Shown: in pieces, positions 36,365-45,609 of the stretch
Layout of the letters: every line of letters begins with the position of its first letter
Position numbering within the stretch: position 1 is the first letter of the stretch
Assembly (NCBI GenBank): GCA_027451985.1
Contig: DAIDHS010000010.1
Span: forward strand, 196-64,195
DNA: 64,000 nt
Source of the DNA: Elusimicrobiota bacterium
GTDB lineage: Bacteria; Elusimicrobiota; Elusimicrobia; UBA1565; UBA9628
Reading direction: 5' to 3'
Translations under genes and position numbers: made by a program
The notes under the pieces: model-generated
Databases searched by the model: none
What the model saw: only the letters and a program-made list of their open reading frames with translations
Told to the model about the DNA's origin: nothing

Positions 36365-38542
36365 ATGAAAAATCTTCGTCTTGTACTTGCCGCCGTCATT
36401 CTGGCGCTTCCCGCCGCCGCGCGGGCGCAGACGGCCGCAAAAGCTTCGGCCGCGGCGGCTCACAAAATTTCCGTGCCTCCGGACCCTTATTTGTGGCTGG
36501 AGCCTCTGCATTCGCCGCACGCTCTGGCCTGGGCCAAGGCGCAAAACGGGAAAACTTTGGCCGTGCTGGCCGGCGATCCGCGTTATGATGCGCTTAGGAA
36601 GGACATCGGCCGGATTCTAAAGTCCAAGAGCCGCATCCCGCAACCGACGCTGCGCGGCGATTGGGTCTACAATTTTTGGCAAGACGGCACGCATGTGCAT
36701 GGACTTTGGCGCCGCGTGCGTCTGGCCGATTACGCCAAACCCAACCCGCCCTGGCAGACGGTGCTGGATTTGGACGCCCTGGCGAAGAAGGAAAAACAGA
36801 ATTGGTTTTGGCAGGGCGCCGACTGCCTGCCGCCTAAGAACGACCGCTGCCTTCTTTCTCTTTCGCGCGGCGGCACGGACGCCTCGGTCGTGCGGGAGTT
36901 TGACGTCGCGACGGGGTCCTTCGTTAAGGGCGGCTTCGACGTACCCGAAGCCAAGTCCGACGTCGACTGGCTGGATCAAAACCATCTTCTGGTCGCGACC
37001 AATTTCGGGCCCGGATCGCTGACGACCTCCGGCTATCCGCGCGAAGTCAAAATCTGGACGCGCGGCACGCCCTTGTCTCAGGCGCGCCTGATCTTCTCCG
37101 GAAAACCAAGCGACGTGGAGGAGTCCGCCCAGACTTTCTTCTGGCCCGGAGGCCGGGCCAGCATCGTGACGCGTGGAATGACGTTTTTTACCTCGCGCGA
37201 GTACCTGCTCAAGCCGAGCGGGAGGCTTGAGCGCATCCCGCTGCCGCCCGGCGCCGAAGTCCAGGGTGTTTTCCACGGGCAAATAGTGGCTCTCCTGCAA
37301 AGCGCCTGGAAGACCGGCGGGCGCTTTTTCGCGCGCGGGGCTTTGGTCTCTCTGTCGCTGGATAAAATTTCCGCGCCTGATTTCGGCAAGCACGTCCGCC
37401 TGGTTTACCTGCCCGACCGCGCTTCGGCTTTCGTGGACCTGAGCGTCGCCAAGGACGTCCTCTACATGGATGTGCTGCACGATGTTTCCGGCCGCGTGCT
37501 CGCGATGCGCCTGGGGCCCAGGGGCTGGACCGCGCGCGTCATCCCGCTGCCGGACGAGGGCAGCACTTCCGTGGCGGGTTCCGATCCGTTCCAGAACCGC
37601 GCGCTTATCAGCTACGAGAGCTTCCTGGTGCCGCCCACGCTCTACGAGGTGGATGGCGACGCCCCAGGCCGAAAGCCGCGCGCCATCAAGCGCCAGTCGG
37701 CTATTTTCGACGCTTCCGGGATGGCGGTAGATCAACACTGGGCAAAGAGCGCCGACGGCACGATGATCCCCTATTTCCTTGTGCACCCGAAGAACATGAA
37801 GCGAGACGGAAAAAACCCGACGCTTCTCTACGCCTACGGCGGTTTCGGACTGCCCATGGTGCCGGCGTACATGCCCTATTATTCGCCCGTCATCGGCAAC
37901 GAGTGGTTCGCCAAGGGGGGCGTCTTCGCCATGGCCAACATCCGCGGCGGGGGCGAGTTTGGTCCCAGCTGGCACGAAGCCGCGCTCAAGACCCACCGGC
38001 AAAAGGCTTACGACGACTTCATTGCGGTGGCCGAACGGCTCATCAAGACCGGCGTCACCTCGCCGCGGCGCCTGGGCATCATGGGGCGCAGCAACGGGGG
38101 GCTTTTGGTCGGCGTGGCCTTCACCGAGCGGCCGGACCTATTCCATGCGGTCATCTGCGAAGTTCCGCTTCTGGACATGATGCGCTATATCCATATCGGC
38201 GCCGGAGCGTCATGGGAGGCCGAGTACGGCAATCCGGCCAATCCCAGAATGGCCGCGGCCATCCTGCGCTACTCTCCCTATCAAAATGTCAGGCCCGGCG
38301 TGCACTACCCCAAGGTCTTTTTCGTCACCTCTTCGGACGACGACCGCGTGGAGCCCGCGCACGCGCGCAAGATGGCGGCTAAGATGGAGGCCATGGGCGA
38401 CCCGGTCTATTTCTACGAAAGCCCTGAGGGCGGGCACGAGCGAGGCGAGGCCTCTCTCAACGGGACCACGAAGACGATGGCGCTGGAATACATCTACCTC
38501 TACCGCCGGCTTATGGACGGAGCCGCGGCCGGCGGACGCTGA
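36365..38542 (+). CDS. Secreted prolyl oligopeptidase (S9A)
   Basis: DPYLWLE, YAYGGF, NIRGGGEFG, GRSNGGLL (Ser), DDRV (Asp), GGH (His). Confidence 0.95.
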   Translation: MKNLRLVLAAVILALPAAARAQTAAKASAAAAHKISVPPDPYLWLEPLHSPHALAWAKAQNGKTLAVLAGDPRYDALRKDIGRILKSKSRIPQPTLRGDWVYNFWQDGTHVHGLWRRVRLADYAKPNPPWQTVLDLDALAKKEKQNWFWQGADCLPPKNDRCLLSLSRGGTDASVVREFDVATGSFVKGGFDVPEAKSDVDWLDQNHLLVATNFGPGSLTTSGYPREVKIWTRGTPLSQARLIFSGKPSDVEESAQTFFWPGGRASIVTRGMTFFTSREYLLKPSGRLERIPLPPGAEVQGVFHGQIVALLQSAWKTGGRFFARGALVSLSLDKISAPDFGKHVRLVYLPDRASAFVDLSVAKDVLYMDVLHDVSGRVLAMRLGPRGWTARVIPLPDEGSTSVAGSDPFQNRALISYESFLVPPTLYEVDGDAPGRKPRAIKRQSAIFDASGMAVDQHWAKSADGTMIPYFLVHPKNMKRDGKNPTLLYAYGGFGLPMVPAYMPYYSPVIGNEWFAKGGVFAMANIRGGGEFGPSWHEAALKTHRQKAYDDFIAVAERLIKTGVTSPRRLGIMGRSNGGLLVGVAFTERPDLFHAVICEVPLLDMMRYIHIGAGASWEAEYGNPANPRMAAAILRYSPYQNVRPGVHYPKVFFVTSSDDDRVEPAHARKMAAKMEAMGDPVYFYESPEGGHERGEASLNGTTKTMALEYIYLYRRLMDGAAAGGR

Positions 38543-38555
38543 CGGTCCGGACGTC

Positions 38556-39215
38556 GTGATTAAGCGGCTCATCAGGCGTTTTCTCGCTTTCGGCCAGCAC
38601 GCGGTCTACGCCTGGTTTTTCTCCGTGGAAGTTCAGGGGAAAGAGCACGTTCCTAGCCGGGGCGGACTCATTATTGCGGCTAACCATACCAGCCATTTGG
38701 ACATGGGGCTCGTTAAGCACGCCATGGGCCCAGCGGGATGCGGCTTGGTATCTTTGGCCGCGCAGGACTATTTCTTCAGCAATGCGCTCCATCGCTGGTA
38801 CTTTGGCAACTTCACCAACCTGCTACCCTTCAATCGTTCTAAAAGCTTGAAAGAATCTTTGCTTGCGGCCGGGCGCGTCCTCAAGGATGGGCGCAACCTG
38901 CTCATTTTCCCGGAGGGCACGCGCACGAAGGACGGCCGCATGGGCGCGTTCAAGCCCTCCCTGGGCTACATGGCGCTCAATTTTGACGCCGACGTCCTGC
39001 CGGTTTATATTTCCGGAGCTTTCGAAGCTCTGCCCAAGGGAAAGCTTGTGCCTCGCGCACGGCGGTTGAAGGCCGCCTTCGGCCCAATCATCGCTTCGAC
39101 GGCGCTCAAACACGCCGTAGAGGCCGCGGGCGGGGAAGATGCCAACCGAACCGCGACGAAAGTCGTGGAGGACGCGGTCCGGGAGCTTGAGCGCCAGAAC
39201 AGGGGGGAGCGCTAA
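38556..39215 (+). CDS. Lysophospholipid acyltransferase (PlsC family)
   Basis: NHTSHLD and FPEGTR motifs; start codon uncertain. Confidence 0.85.
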   Translation: MIKRLIRRFLAFGQHAVYAWFFSVEVQGKEHVPSRGGLIIAANHTSHLDMGLVKHAMGPAGCGLVSLAAQDYFFSNALHRWYFGNFTNLLPFNRSKSLKESLLAAGRVLKDGRNLLIFPEGTRTKDGRMGAFKPSLGYMALNFDADVLPVYISGAFEALPKGKLVPRARRLKAAFGPIIASTALKHAVEAAGGEDANRTATKVVEDAVRELERQNRGER

Positions 39216-39913
39216 TCTTCGCGCCGGCCCATGATCTGGAGGATGTCCAGAAAGAGGTTGATGAAATCAAGGTAGAGCGCCAAGGCGCCGGAGATGGCTT
39301 CTTTGGTCTCCTCATCGGTTCCCTCGTCCGAGGGATTCAAAAGTCCCTTGATCTTCTGCGTGTCGTAGGCGGTCAGGCCCGTAAAGATGAGAACTCCTGC
39401 GTAAGTCGTAATCCAATAGATTGTGGAGTTCCTGAAAAACAAATTGGCGAAGGAAGCGATCACCAGGCCGATGAGCGCCATAAAAAGAAAATTCCCCATC
39501 GACGTCAGGTCGGTTTTGGTGAGCCATCCGTAAAGGCTCATCGCCGCGAACGTCCCCGCCGTGACGAAGAAAGCGTTCGCGATGGACGATTGGGTGTAGA
39601 CCAGAAAAATGGAGGAGAGCGTCACGCCGTTTAGGGCCGCGTAGCCAAGAAAGACTAGAGACGCGGTTGTTGAGGACATGCGGCGCACAAAGGCCGCCAA
39701 ACCGAAAACCGCCAGCACTTCCGCGATAAGAAGGCCGTAGAAGAGAATCGGATTGGCCGTCAGGGCGCGGATGCTTTCGGGGTGCGCGGCCATGTAGAGG
39801 GCCACGCCGCCGGTTAGGGCCAGGCCGCCCGTCATCCAGCGGTAGACTTCAAGGATGAAGGCCCGCTCCTCGGCCTCGTCCGCCGAAATGGGAAAGCCGC
39901 CCGCGCCGGTCAT
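39212..39913 (-). CDS. Bax inhibitor-1/YccA family membrane protein
   Basis: VY.WM..GL, TKTDLT, LTAYDTQKIK, ALALYLDFINLF. Confidence 0.92.
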   Translation of the reverse strand: MTGAGGFPISADEAEERAFILEVYRWMTGGLALTGGVALYMAAHPESIRALTANPILFYGLLIAEVLAVFGLAAFVRRMSSTTASLVFLGYAALNGVTLSSIFLVYTQSSIANAFFVTAGTFAAMSLYGWLTKTDLTSMGNFLFMALIGLVIASFANLFFRNSTIYWITTYAGVLIFTGLTAYDTQKIKGLLNPSDEGTDEETKEAISGALALYLDFINLFLDILQIMGRRED

Positions 39914-41112
39914 CGGATGAACGCCAAGCTTGCGGTGTAGCCGTGGATGTGGTTTTTTCCGGCGATGGGCCCGAACTCGCCGTTGGCGAAGAACCCAGCT
40001 AGGGGCAGGGGGCCACGCAAGGACTGGATGAGGCCGATGTCATGGTCGGGCGCGCCGTAGAGCCCGCGGCCCCGGCCGCAGCAACTGAACAGGAGCGCCG
40101 CGTGGGCGGCGCTCTTGACCCCGGGATTGTGGAGAAGCGCTTCCAAATCTTCGGTGGAAGTCTTGGCGTCGCGCAGTTGGAACTGGAGAGTCTGTCCCGG
40201 GCGCAGGGGCGCGCCGATCATCAAAGCGCCTTTTTCAGGATCCGAACCCATGATGTTGCGGATAAGGAAATCGCCCCTCTTAAAACCCGATTGGTACTCG
40301 TTCATCACCAGGCCTGCGAGCAGAGAGTGCCGCGCGAGTTCCCGGTCGTGGGGGGAAAGATTCTCGATGGTCTCCAGGAGCACTTCGACGGCCGGGCGGC
40401 TGGCCAGGGCATAGAGCACGTGCCCGTCGGCTTTGGTGACGATGAAGGGTTCTCCGATGGGCCGGCAGCCCTGCGAGACCACGGTTTCAAAGGAAATTTC
40501 GCCGGAAAGGGCGAGGCCGCAGGCCGCCACGGGCTCGGCGTCGCCGCCCAAGGCCAGCCAGCTTCGCAGGCCCACGGCCGGTCCGCTGGCCATGCCGCCG
40601 ACCACGGGGCGCTCGGGATATCCTGTATTGAAGAGCCCTAGGAGCTTCTCCACGTCGCAGAGCATGGGATCGGCGAGGCAGAGAAAATTGGGTTTTTCCG
40701 TGGGATAGAGGTCCAGCGTCCGCACCAGATCCGGACCAGAGGCGAGCGACGCGATGTCGGCCTCGGAAAGGGAAAAGGGAGAGATTTTGACGTCCGGCAG
40801 GCTCATGGCCAAGAGGGAAATGGCCGGTTCCATTTCGATTTCACGGTCTTGCCCGATGACGCCGCTGGCGTTGCAGCCCAACAGGGCGGGAGTGCCCAAG
40901 GCTTTAGAGAGGAGAGACGAAAGCTCCGCGGGATCTAAGCCGGGATAAGGCTCGGAAACGAAGAAGAGCGCGCAATCGCAGGGACGGCCGGAGAGTCCCG
41001 CTTTGGCCTTCTCGGCGGCCTCTTGCGCGGCTTGGCGCCAATCCTTCTTTTTGGAAATCGCGGATGAAAAAACTTTGTCTTTTTGGGCCACCGGGGCGCT
41101 AGGCTTCTTCAT
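39910..41112 (-). CDS. FIST N/C domain protein
   Basis: GCNASGVIG, VVGGMASG, SQGCRPIG, FQLRDA, FSCCGRG, GFFANGEFGP. Confidence 0.9.
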   Translation of the reverse strand: MKKPSAPVAQKDKVFSSAISKKKDWRQAAQEAAEKAKAGLSGRPCDCALFFVSEPYPGLDPAELSSLLSKALGTPALLGCNASGVIGQDREIEMEPAISLLAMSLPDVKISPFSLSEADIASLASGPDLVRTLDLYPTEKPNFLCLADPMLCDVEKLLGLFNTGYPERPVVGGMASGPAVGLRSWLALGGDAEPVAACGLALSGEISFETVVSQGCRPIGEPFIVTKADGHVLYALASRPAVEVLLETIENLSPHDRELARHSLLAGLVMNEYQSGFKRGDFLIRNIMGSDPEKGALMIGAPLRPGQTLQFQLRDAKTSTEDLEALLHNPGVKSAAHAALLFSCCGRGRGLYGAPDHDIGLIQSLRGPLPLAGFFANGEFGPIAGKNHIHGYTASLAFIR

Positions 41113-41203
41113 GGCCTGATTTTACAACATCCGGGCTGATTTTTAGAGCGTGAGTTTTTTGCGGCCTAGGCCCGTCCCGGGCGATATCTGATAGGATATG
41201 CGC

Positions 41204-41677
41204 ATGAAAACAAAGCGGCCGCACTGCGTCGCAAATCTCCGCGATATCGCCCCCGAGCGATATGCAGACTTCGGATTCGCTGGAATCTCATGGGACCTGG
41301 GCCGGGCCACGGGAACGCGTCGCTTGGGTATAGACGTCACGGAAATTCCGCCGGGAAAAAGCGCGTCGCGGTTTCATTGTCACAGCCGCAAGGAGGAGTT
41401 TTTCTTCGTTCTCTCGGGGCGCTGCCGCCTGCGTTTGGGAGCGCGTACCCACGAACTGCGGGCGGGTGATGCCGTCAGCCGTCCCGCCGGCACGGGTGTC
41501 TGCCATCAGTTCCAGAACCCGTACAGCAAGCCCTGCAGGGTCCTGATGCTGGGGGTGCAGACGGGCCGGGGGCTTTCCGACAGGGTGGAGCGTCCGGAAG
41601 AGGGAGAGATTCTTGTCATTGGAGCCGACGGCTCACGGAAAATCATGCGGCACACGCCGCGGGCGCAAAGGCGCTGA
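41204..41677 (+). CDS. Cupin domain protein
   Basis: PPG..SRFHCHSRKEEFFFVLSG...PAGTGVCHQF. Confidence 0.85.
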   Translation: MKTKRPHCVANLRDIAPERYADFGFAGISWDLGRATGTRRLGIDVTEIPPGKSASRFHCHSRKEEFFFVLSGRCRLRLGARTHELRAGDAVSRPAGTGVCHQFQNPYSKPCRVLMLGVQTGRGLSDRVERPEEGEILVIGADGSRKIMRHTPRAQRR

Positions 41678-41682
41678 ATTCG

Positions 41683-42489
41683 ATGACTCCAGAGACTTCT
41701 CGGAGCCCCTCGCGGCCGCTTAAGCTCGCGCTGGTCCAGATGCAAGTGGGGGACGAGGAAAAATCCGTACGGCTTGAGCGCGCCGAGAGGCTGTTGGGAG
41801 AAGCCGCGGGAGCGGATCTCGTGATTCTGCCGGAATTGTGGAACGTGGGCTATTCCGCCTTCGACCGCTACGCCGAAGACGCCGAGCCCATTGACGGCGT
41901 GACCGTCCGGCTGCTTCGCGCCAAGGCTGCGGAACTAAAGGCCCTGGTAATGATGGGCAGTTTCCTTGAGAAAAGCGCCGAAGGGCTTCACAATACCTCG
42001 GTCCTGATCGACGAGCGCGGAGAAATCGCCGCCGCGTACAGGAAGATTCATCTTTTCGGTTATAAATCCCAGGAGCGAAGCCTGCTCGTTCCTGGAAAAG
42101 ACGTCGTCACGGCCGCGACGACGCGAGGCGTCTTCGGGCTTTCCACCTGTTTTGATTTGCGTTTCCCGGAGCTTTACCGTCGGCTCTTAGACGCGGGGGC
42201 TGAAATGTTCTTGGTCGCCTCGGCATGGCCGCTTTCCCGCTTGGAGCACTGGCGCGTGCTGACCCGCGCCCGAGCCATCGAGAATCTGTGCTTCCTCGCG
42301 GCGGCCAACTGCGCCGGCGCCAGCCGCGGCAGCCGTGCCGGGGGACACAGCGTCGTGCTCGATCCGTGGGGCAGGGTTCTTGCCGAGGCGAGCGAGAAAG
42401 AAGAAGTTCTCCGCGCGGAAATCGATTTGGGAGAAGTCGCTCGGACGCGGGCGGAGTTCCCCGCGATAGCGTCCCGCGTCCTTAAGTAG
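41683..42489 (+). CDS. Carbon-nitrogen hydrolase (nitrilase/Nit family)
   Basis: LPELW (Glu), YRKIHLF (Lys), TCFDLRFPE (Cys), RARAIEN. Confidence 0.92.
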   Translation: MTPETSRSPSRPLKLALVQMQVGDEEKSVRLERAERLLGEAAGADLVILPELWNVGYSAFDRYAEDAEPIDGVTVRLLRAKAAELKALVMMGSFLEKSAEGLHNTSVLIDERGEIAAAYRKIHLFGYKSQERSLLVPGKDVVTAATTRGVFGLSTCFDLRFPELYRRLLDAGAEMFLVASAWPLSRLEHWRVLTRARAIENLCFLAAANCAGASRGSRAGGHSVVLDPWGRVLAEASEKEEVLRAEIDLGEVARTRAEFPAIASRVLK

Positions 42490-43030
42490 CCGGCGCCGTC
42501 TCGGCGCGCCGCCACTGGCCGGGCGCGAGCGCTCCGAGAGAAAAGGGACCGTGGCTCGCGCGGATGAGGCGCAGCGTCGGATGTCCTACGGCGGCCGTCA
42601 TCCGGCGGACCTGCCGGTTTCGTCCCTCCGTCAAGGTAATCTCCAGCCACGCGGTCGGCACGTTTTTGCGAAAGCGCACGGGCGGCACGCGCGGAAAGCG
42701 CGTCGGTTCTTTCTCTAGGATGTGAACTTCGCAGGGGCGGGTTGGCCCGTCCTTTAGGACGAGCCCTTTACGGATACGGGAGATTGCCGCCGCGTCCAGA
42801 ACTCTCTCCACCTGAGCCCAGTAGGTCCGAGGGACCGCGAAGCGCGGTTCGCACAGCCGGCTTTGCAGGCGCCCATCGTCGCTTAAGATCAGAAGCCCTT
42901 CGCTGTCGTGATCGAGCCGTCCGCAGGGATAAATTCCTTTGGGCAGTCCGAACGCGGCCAGGGTCTTTTTGCCGCGCAGCGGCGTGAACTGAGAGACGAC
43001 GCCGTAAGGCTTGTAGAAAAGGACGTTCAT
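42482..43030 (-). CDS. RsuA/RluE-family pseudouridine synthase
   Basis: YKPYGV, GRLDHDSEGLL, EGRNRQVRRM. Confidence 0.9.
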   Translation of the reverse strand: MNVLFYKPYGVVSQFTPLRGKKTLAAFGLPKGIYPCGRLDHDSEGLLILSDDGRLQSRLCEPRFAVPRTYWAQVERVLDAAAISRIRKGLVLKDGPTRPCEVHILEKEPTRFPRVPPVRFRKNVPTAWLEITLTEGRNRQVRRMTAAVGHPTLRLIRASHGPFSLGALAPGQWRRAETAPAT

Positions 43031-43758
43031 GAGGCGGCGCCGCGGCCTTCGGCGCGCAGGAGGGAGAGCAGGCGGAGAAATTCATCGTCCGGCTCGGCGC
43101 GCAGGACCAAGGGCGGGCCATGATCCGCTCCCGGAAGCCGGAGTTCCAAGGCATGCAGCATGAGCCTGGGGAATCCCCCGACCGGGCGGGGCGGCCGGCC
43201 GTAAAGCGGATCGCCGAGGATGGGGGTTCCGAGACTAAAAAAGTGGATGCGCAATTGATGGCGGCGGCCCGTTAGGGGGAAGGCCTCCACCAGGGCCGCT
43301 CCTGCAAAACGCTCGAGCATCTTGTAGCGCGTGAGGCTCGGCTGGCCTTTTGAATCGGCGACGCCCATGCGTCCGGAGCCGAAAAGGCGCAGGGGCTTGT
43401 CGATGGTCCCCGTGGGAGCGGGCGAACCCAGAAGCACGGTCCAATAGGTTTTTTGCGCGCGGCGGGCTTCGAAATCCCGGCAGAGCCTCTGGTGGGTCCG
43501 CGGGTTCTTCGCGAAGATTACGAGTCCGCTGGCTTCGCGATCAATGCGGTGAACGGTGAAGATTTTTTCGCCGGTGTGCCGCTGCGCTTGAAGGCAGAGA
43601 GGTTCTTCGGAAAGGCCGCGCCCCGGAATGACGGCCTGTCCGGCGGGTTTGTCGACAGCGAGCATCTCGCCATCCTCAAGGATGACGCGCAAGGGGGAAC
43701 TCAAGAGCGGCCCGGGCGGGGGCTCGGCTAGGCGTGTTCCCCGGATCCGCCTCCGCAA
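43027..43758 (-). CDS. RluA-family pseudouridine synthase
   Basis: VDKPAG, HRIDREASG, TGRRHQLRIH, GDPLYG, LMLHA; start uncertain. Confidence 0.88.
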   Translation of the reverse strand: MRRRIRGTRLAEPPPGPLLSSPLRVILEDGEMLAVDKPAGQAVIPGRGLSEEPLCLQAQRHTGEKIFTVHRIDREASGLVIFAKNPRTHQRLCRDFEARRAQKTYWTVLLGSPAPTGTIDKPLRLFGSGRMGVADSKGQPSLTRYKMLERFAGAALVEAFPLTGRRHQLRIHFFSLGTPILGDPLYGRPPRPVGGFPRLMLHALELRLPGADHGPPLVLRAEPDDEFLRLLSLLRAEGRGAAS

Positions 43759-43841
43759 AGCTCGATGCCGATGACTGCGACCATAATGGCCGCGACGGCG
43801 CAGACCAGGCCGATGAATGCCGCGAAATATTCCATTCCCAT
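43728..43841 (-). CDS. Putative 37-aa single-TM small protein
   Basis: AAGGAG RBS then ATG; MGMEYFAAFIGLVCAVAAIMVAVIGIELCGGGSGEHA*. Confidence 0.45.
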   Translation of the reverse strand: MGMEYFAAFIGLVCAVAAIMVAVIGIELCGGGSGEHA

Positions 43842-43851
43842 ATAACGCTCC

Positions 43852-44616
43852 TTATGCGTCCGAAAGATTCGATCGGAGAAAATCAAGAACCATGGGCCAC
43901 GCCAGCTTGGAGGCTTCCGCGTTGTAGCTGGCGCGTTCGTCGCAGAAGAATCCGTGGTCCGCATAGGAGAACTCGACGCTGGCGAATTTCTTGCCAGCCT
44001 GGGCCAGCGCGTCGGCCACTTGGCGATGGTGGTCTCTGGTGATATTTTTGTCCTGCCCGCCCCAGAAAAGCAGCAGCGGCCCGGATATGCGAGGCGCGCG
44101 ATCCAGAAGCCCAGGGTTGGAGATCAGTGCGGTTTTGACCGGGGCGATGCCGCTGCCGTAAAAAGAGACCGCCGCGCGCAAGGGGCAAGCCGCCGCGGCC
44201 AAAAAGCTCGTGCGTCCGCCCATGCAGAAGCCGATGGCCCCCACACGGCCGGGGGCGACGCGGGAGTCCTTTGTCATGAAATTGAACGCGGCCTTGACGT
44301 CTGCCTCCAGCCCCTCGTTGGTCAAGGCGCGGACGTGCGGCATGACGGCGCTAAAATCGGTATAGGAGCCCTCGAATCCGGGAGCGCTTCGGTGAAACAA
44401 CTCCGGCGCCAGGGTGAAATAGCCTTCCCGTGCCAGACGATCGGCCATCCCGCGTATGTAGTGGTTGAGGCCGAAGGCTTCCTGAAACACGAGCAGCCCG
44501 GGGGAAGGCCCCGCGCCCGAGGGCCGCGAGGCGTAAGCGTTCATGGACGTGCCGTCGGCGACTTTGAGGGTAACCGTCTCAGTTTCGAGATTGGGCGAGG
44601 CTTCAAGTCTGGTCAT
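43852..44616 (-). CDS. Dienelactone hydrolase family protein
   Basis: QEAFGL, GFCMGG nucleophile, ADHGFFCD. Confidence 0.92.
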   Translation of the reverse strand: MTRLEASPNLETETVTLKVADGTSMNAYASRPSGAGPSPGLLVFQEAFGLNHYIRGMADRLAREGYFTLAPELFHRSAPGFEGSYTDFSAVMPHVRALTNEGLEADVKAAFNFMTKDSRVAPGRVGAIGFCMGGRTSFLAAAACPLRAAVSFYGSGIAPVKTALISNPGLLDRAPRISGPLLLFWGGQDKNITRDHHRQVADALAQAGKKFASVEFSYADHGFFCDERASYNAEASKLAWPMVLDFLRSNLSDA

Positions 44617-44656
44617 CGCGCGATATTCTGGATTTTACCAAAATTCGCGCGTCCGA

Positions 44657-45523
44657 TTAAAAGCGGCGGCAGGGCGCGCCGGCGCAGGGCAGGACGCGGG
44701 GCCGGTGAGCGCGAGGCCAATGAGACAGAAGCAGAAAATTATGCGTTGCGCCTTCGACGTTGGCTCCGGTTTTGCCGGCCAGCAGGCCGTCGGCGATCCA
44801 GCGCAGGACACGGTGCTTTTTACCCGCGCGGTGGAGCAGGATGGCCGCGGTCGTAACCACCGCTTGGCCGACGAGCATCGAGGTGATCACTCCTTTTTCG
44901 TTTTTGTTCCCAAATGCGGTGTAAAGGGGATCCATTTCGTAGCCGCCCTTGCCCAGCACCTTAGCCGTGCTGTACGCATCCAAAGCCGTCGCGGCCCAGC
45001 TGGCGGGAAGCAACGTGCGATAAAAATAGTCCGGCTTGGAATGGCGCTTAATATTGGGTTTGGGCGCATCAGGCAGAGAGGGCGCGGGCGGTATGGTCAG
45101 GGACGAGCTTTCCGCCGCTTTTTCGGGTTCAGGAGCCCGCAAAGCCGGCGTTTCAAGGGCGTTCTCGGCGCCGGCCGCGGCGGAGACTGGAGACGCCGCG
45201 CGGTTTCCGGATCCGGCGGACGAGGCGTCGAAAAAATCCTCCAGGCTGCTGGAAACGGCGGAACGGTCTTCTCCGGGCTTGGCCAGGGCGGCGTCTAATT
45301 TTTGCAGACGGGGCAGAACTCGGGCGCGTGTGGAGCGGCCTTTTTGCGCGTCGGCGCAGGCGCCGTATTGCGGCGAACCTTTCGGGAACATGGCAGAGCA
45401 AGAGCACTGCGGCGACCGGCTTTGAGGATTCGTACAAGGTGCCAGCGCCTTGGCGCGAGAGGGGAGCGCAAAAGCCGTTAGGGCGAAGGCGAAGAGCCAG
45501 CCGCACGAGGTTTTTTGTTCCAT
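44657..45523 (-). CDS. Hypothetical exported/membrane protein
   Basis: Signal-like start, 4-Cys N-terminal segment, Pro/Ala linker, and a C-terminal membrane domain with D..ST......G.E.DP (DUF5658-like). Confidence 0.55.
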   Translation of the reverse strand: MEQKTSCGWLFAFALTAFALPSRAKALAPCTNPQSRSPQCSCSAMFPKGSPQYGACADAQKGRSTRARVLPRLQKLDAALAKPGEDRSAVSSSLEDFFDASSAGSGNRAASPVSAAAGAENALETPALRAPEPEKAAESSSLTIPPAPSLPDAPKPNIKRHSKPDYFYRTLLPASWAATALDAYSTAKVLGKGGYEMDPLYTAFGNKNEKGVITSMLVGQAVVTTAAILLHRAGKKHRVLRWIADGLLAGKTGANVEGATHNFLLLSHWPRAHRPRVLPCAGAPCRRF

Positions 45524-45609
45524 GCTAGAAGGGTAAGGATATTCGGCGGTTTCCGCAGGGGTCCGGAGGCTCACCAAATAAGGGACTAAAGGCCCATGCG
45601 CACGATGCG

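Noticed and set aside
22411-38002. Long antisense ORFs (e.g. 22411-23643, 24856-25896, 29666-30637, 36617-38002)
   Set aside because: Shadow frames of well-supported genes, as expected in high-GC DNA.
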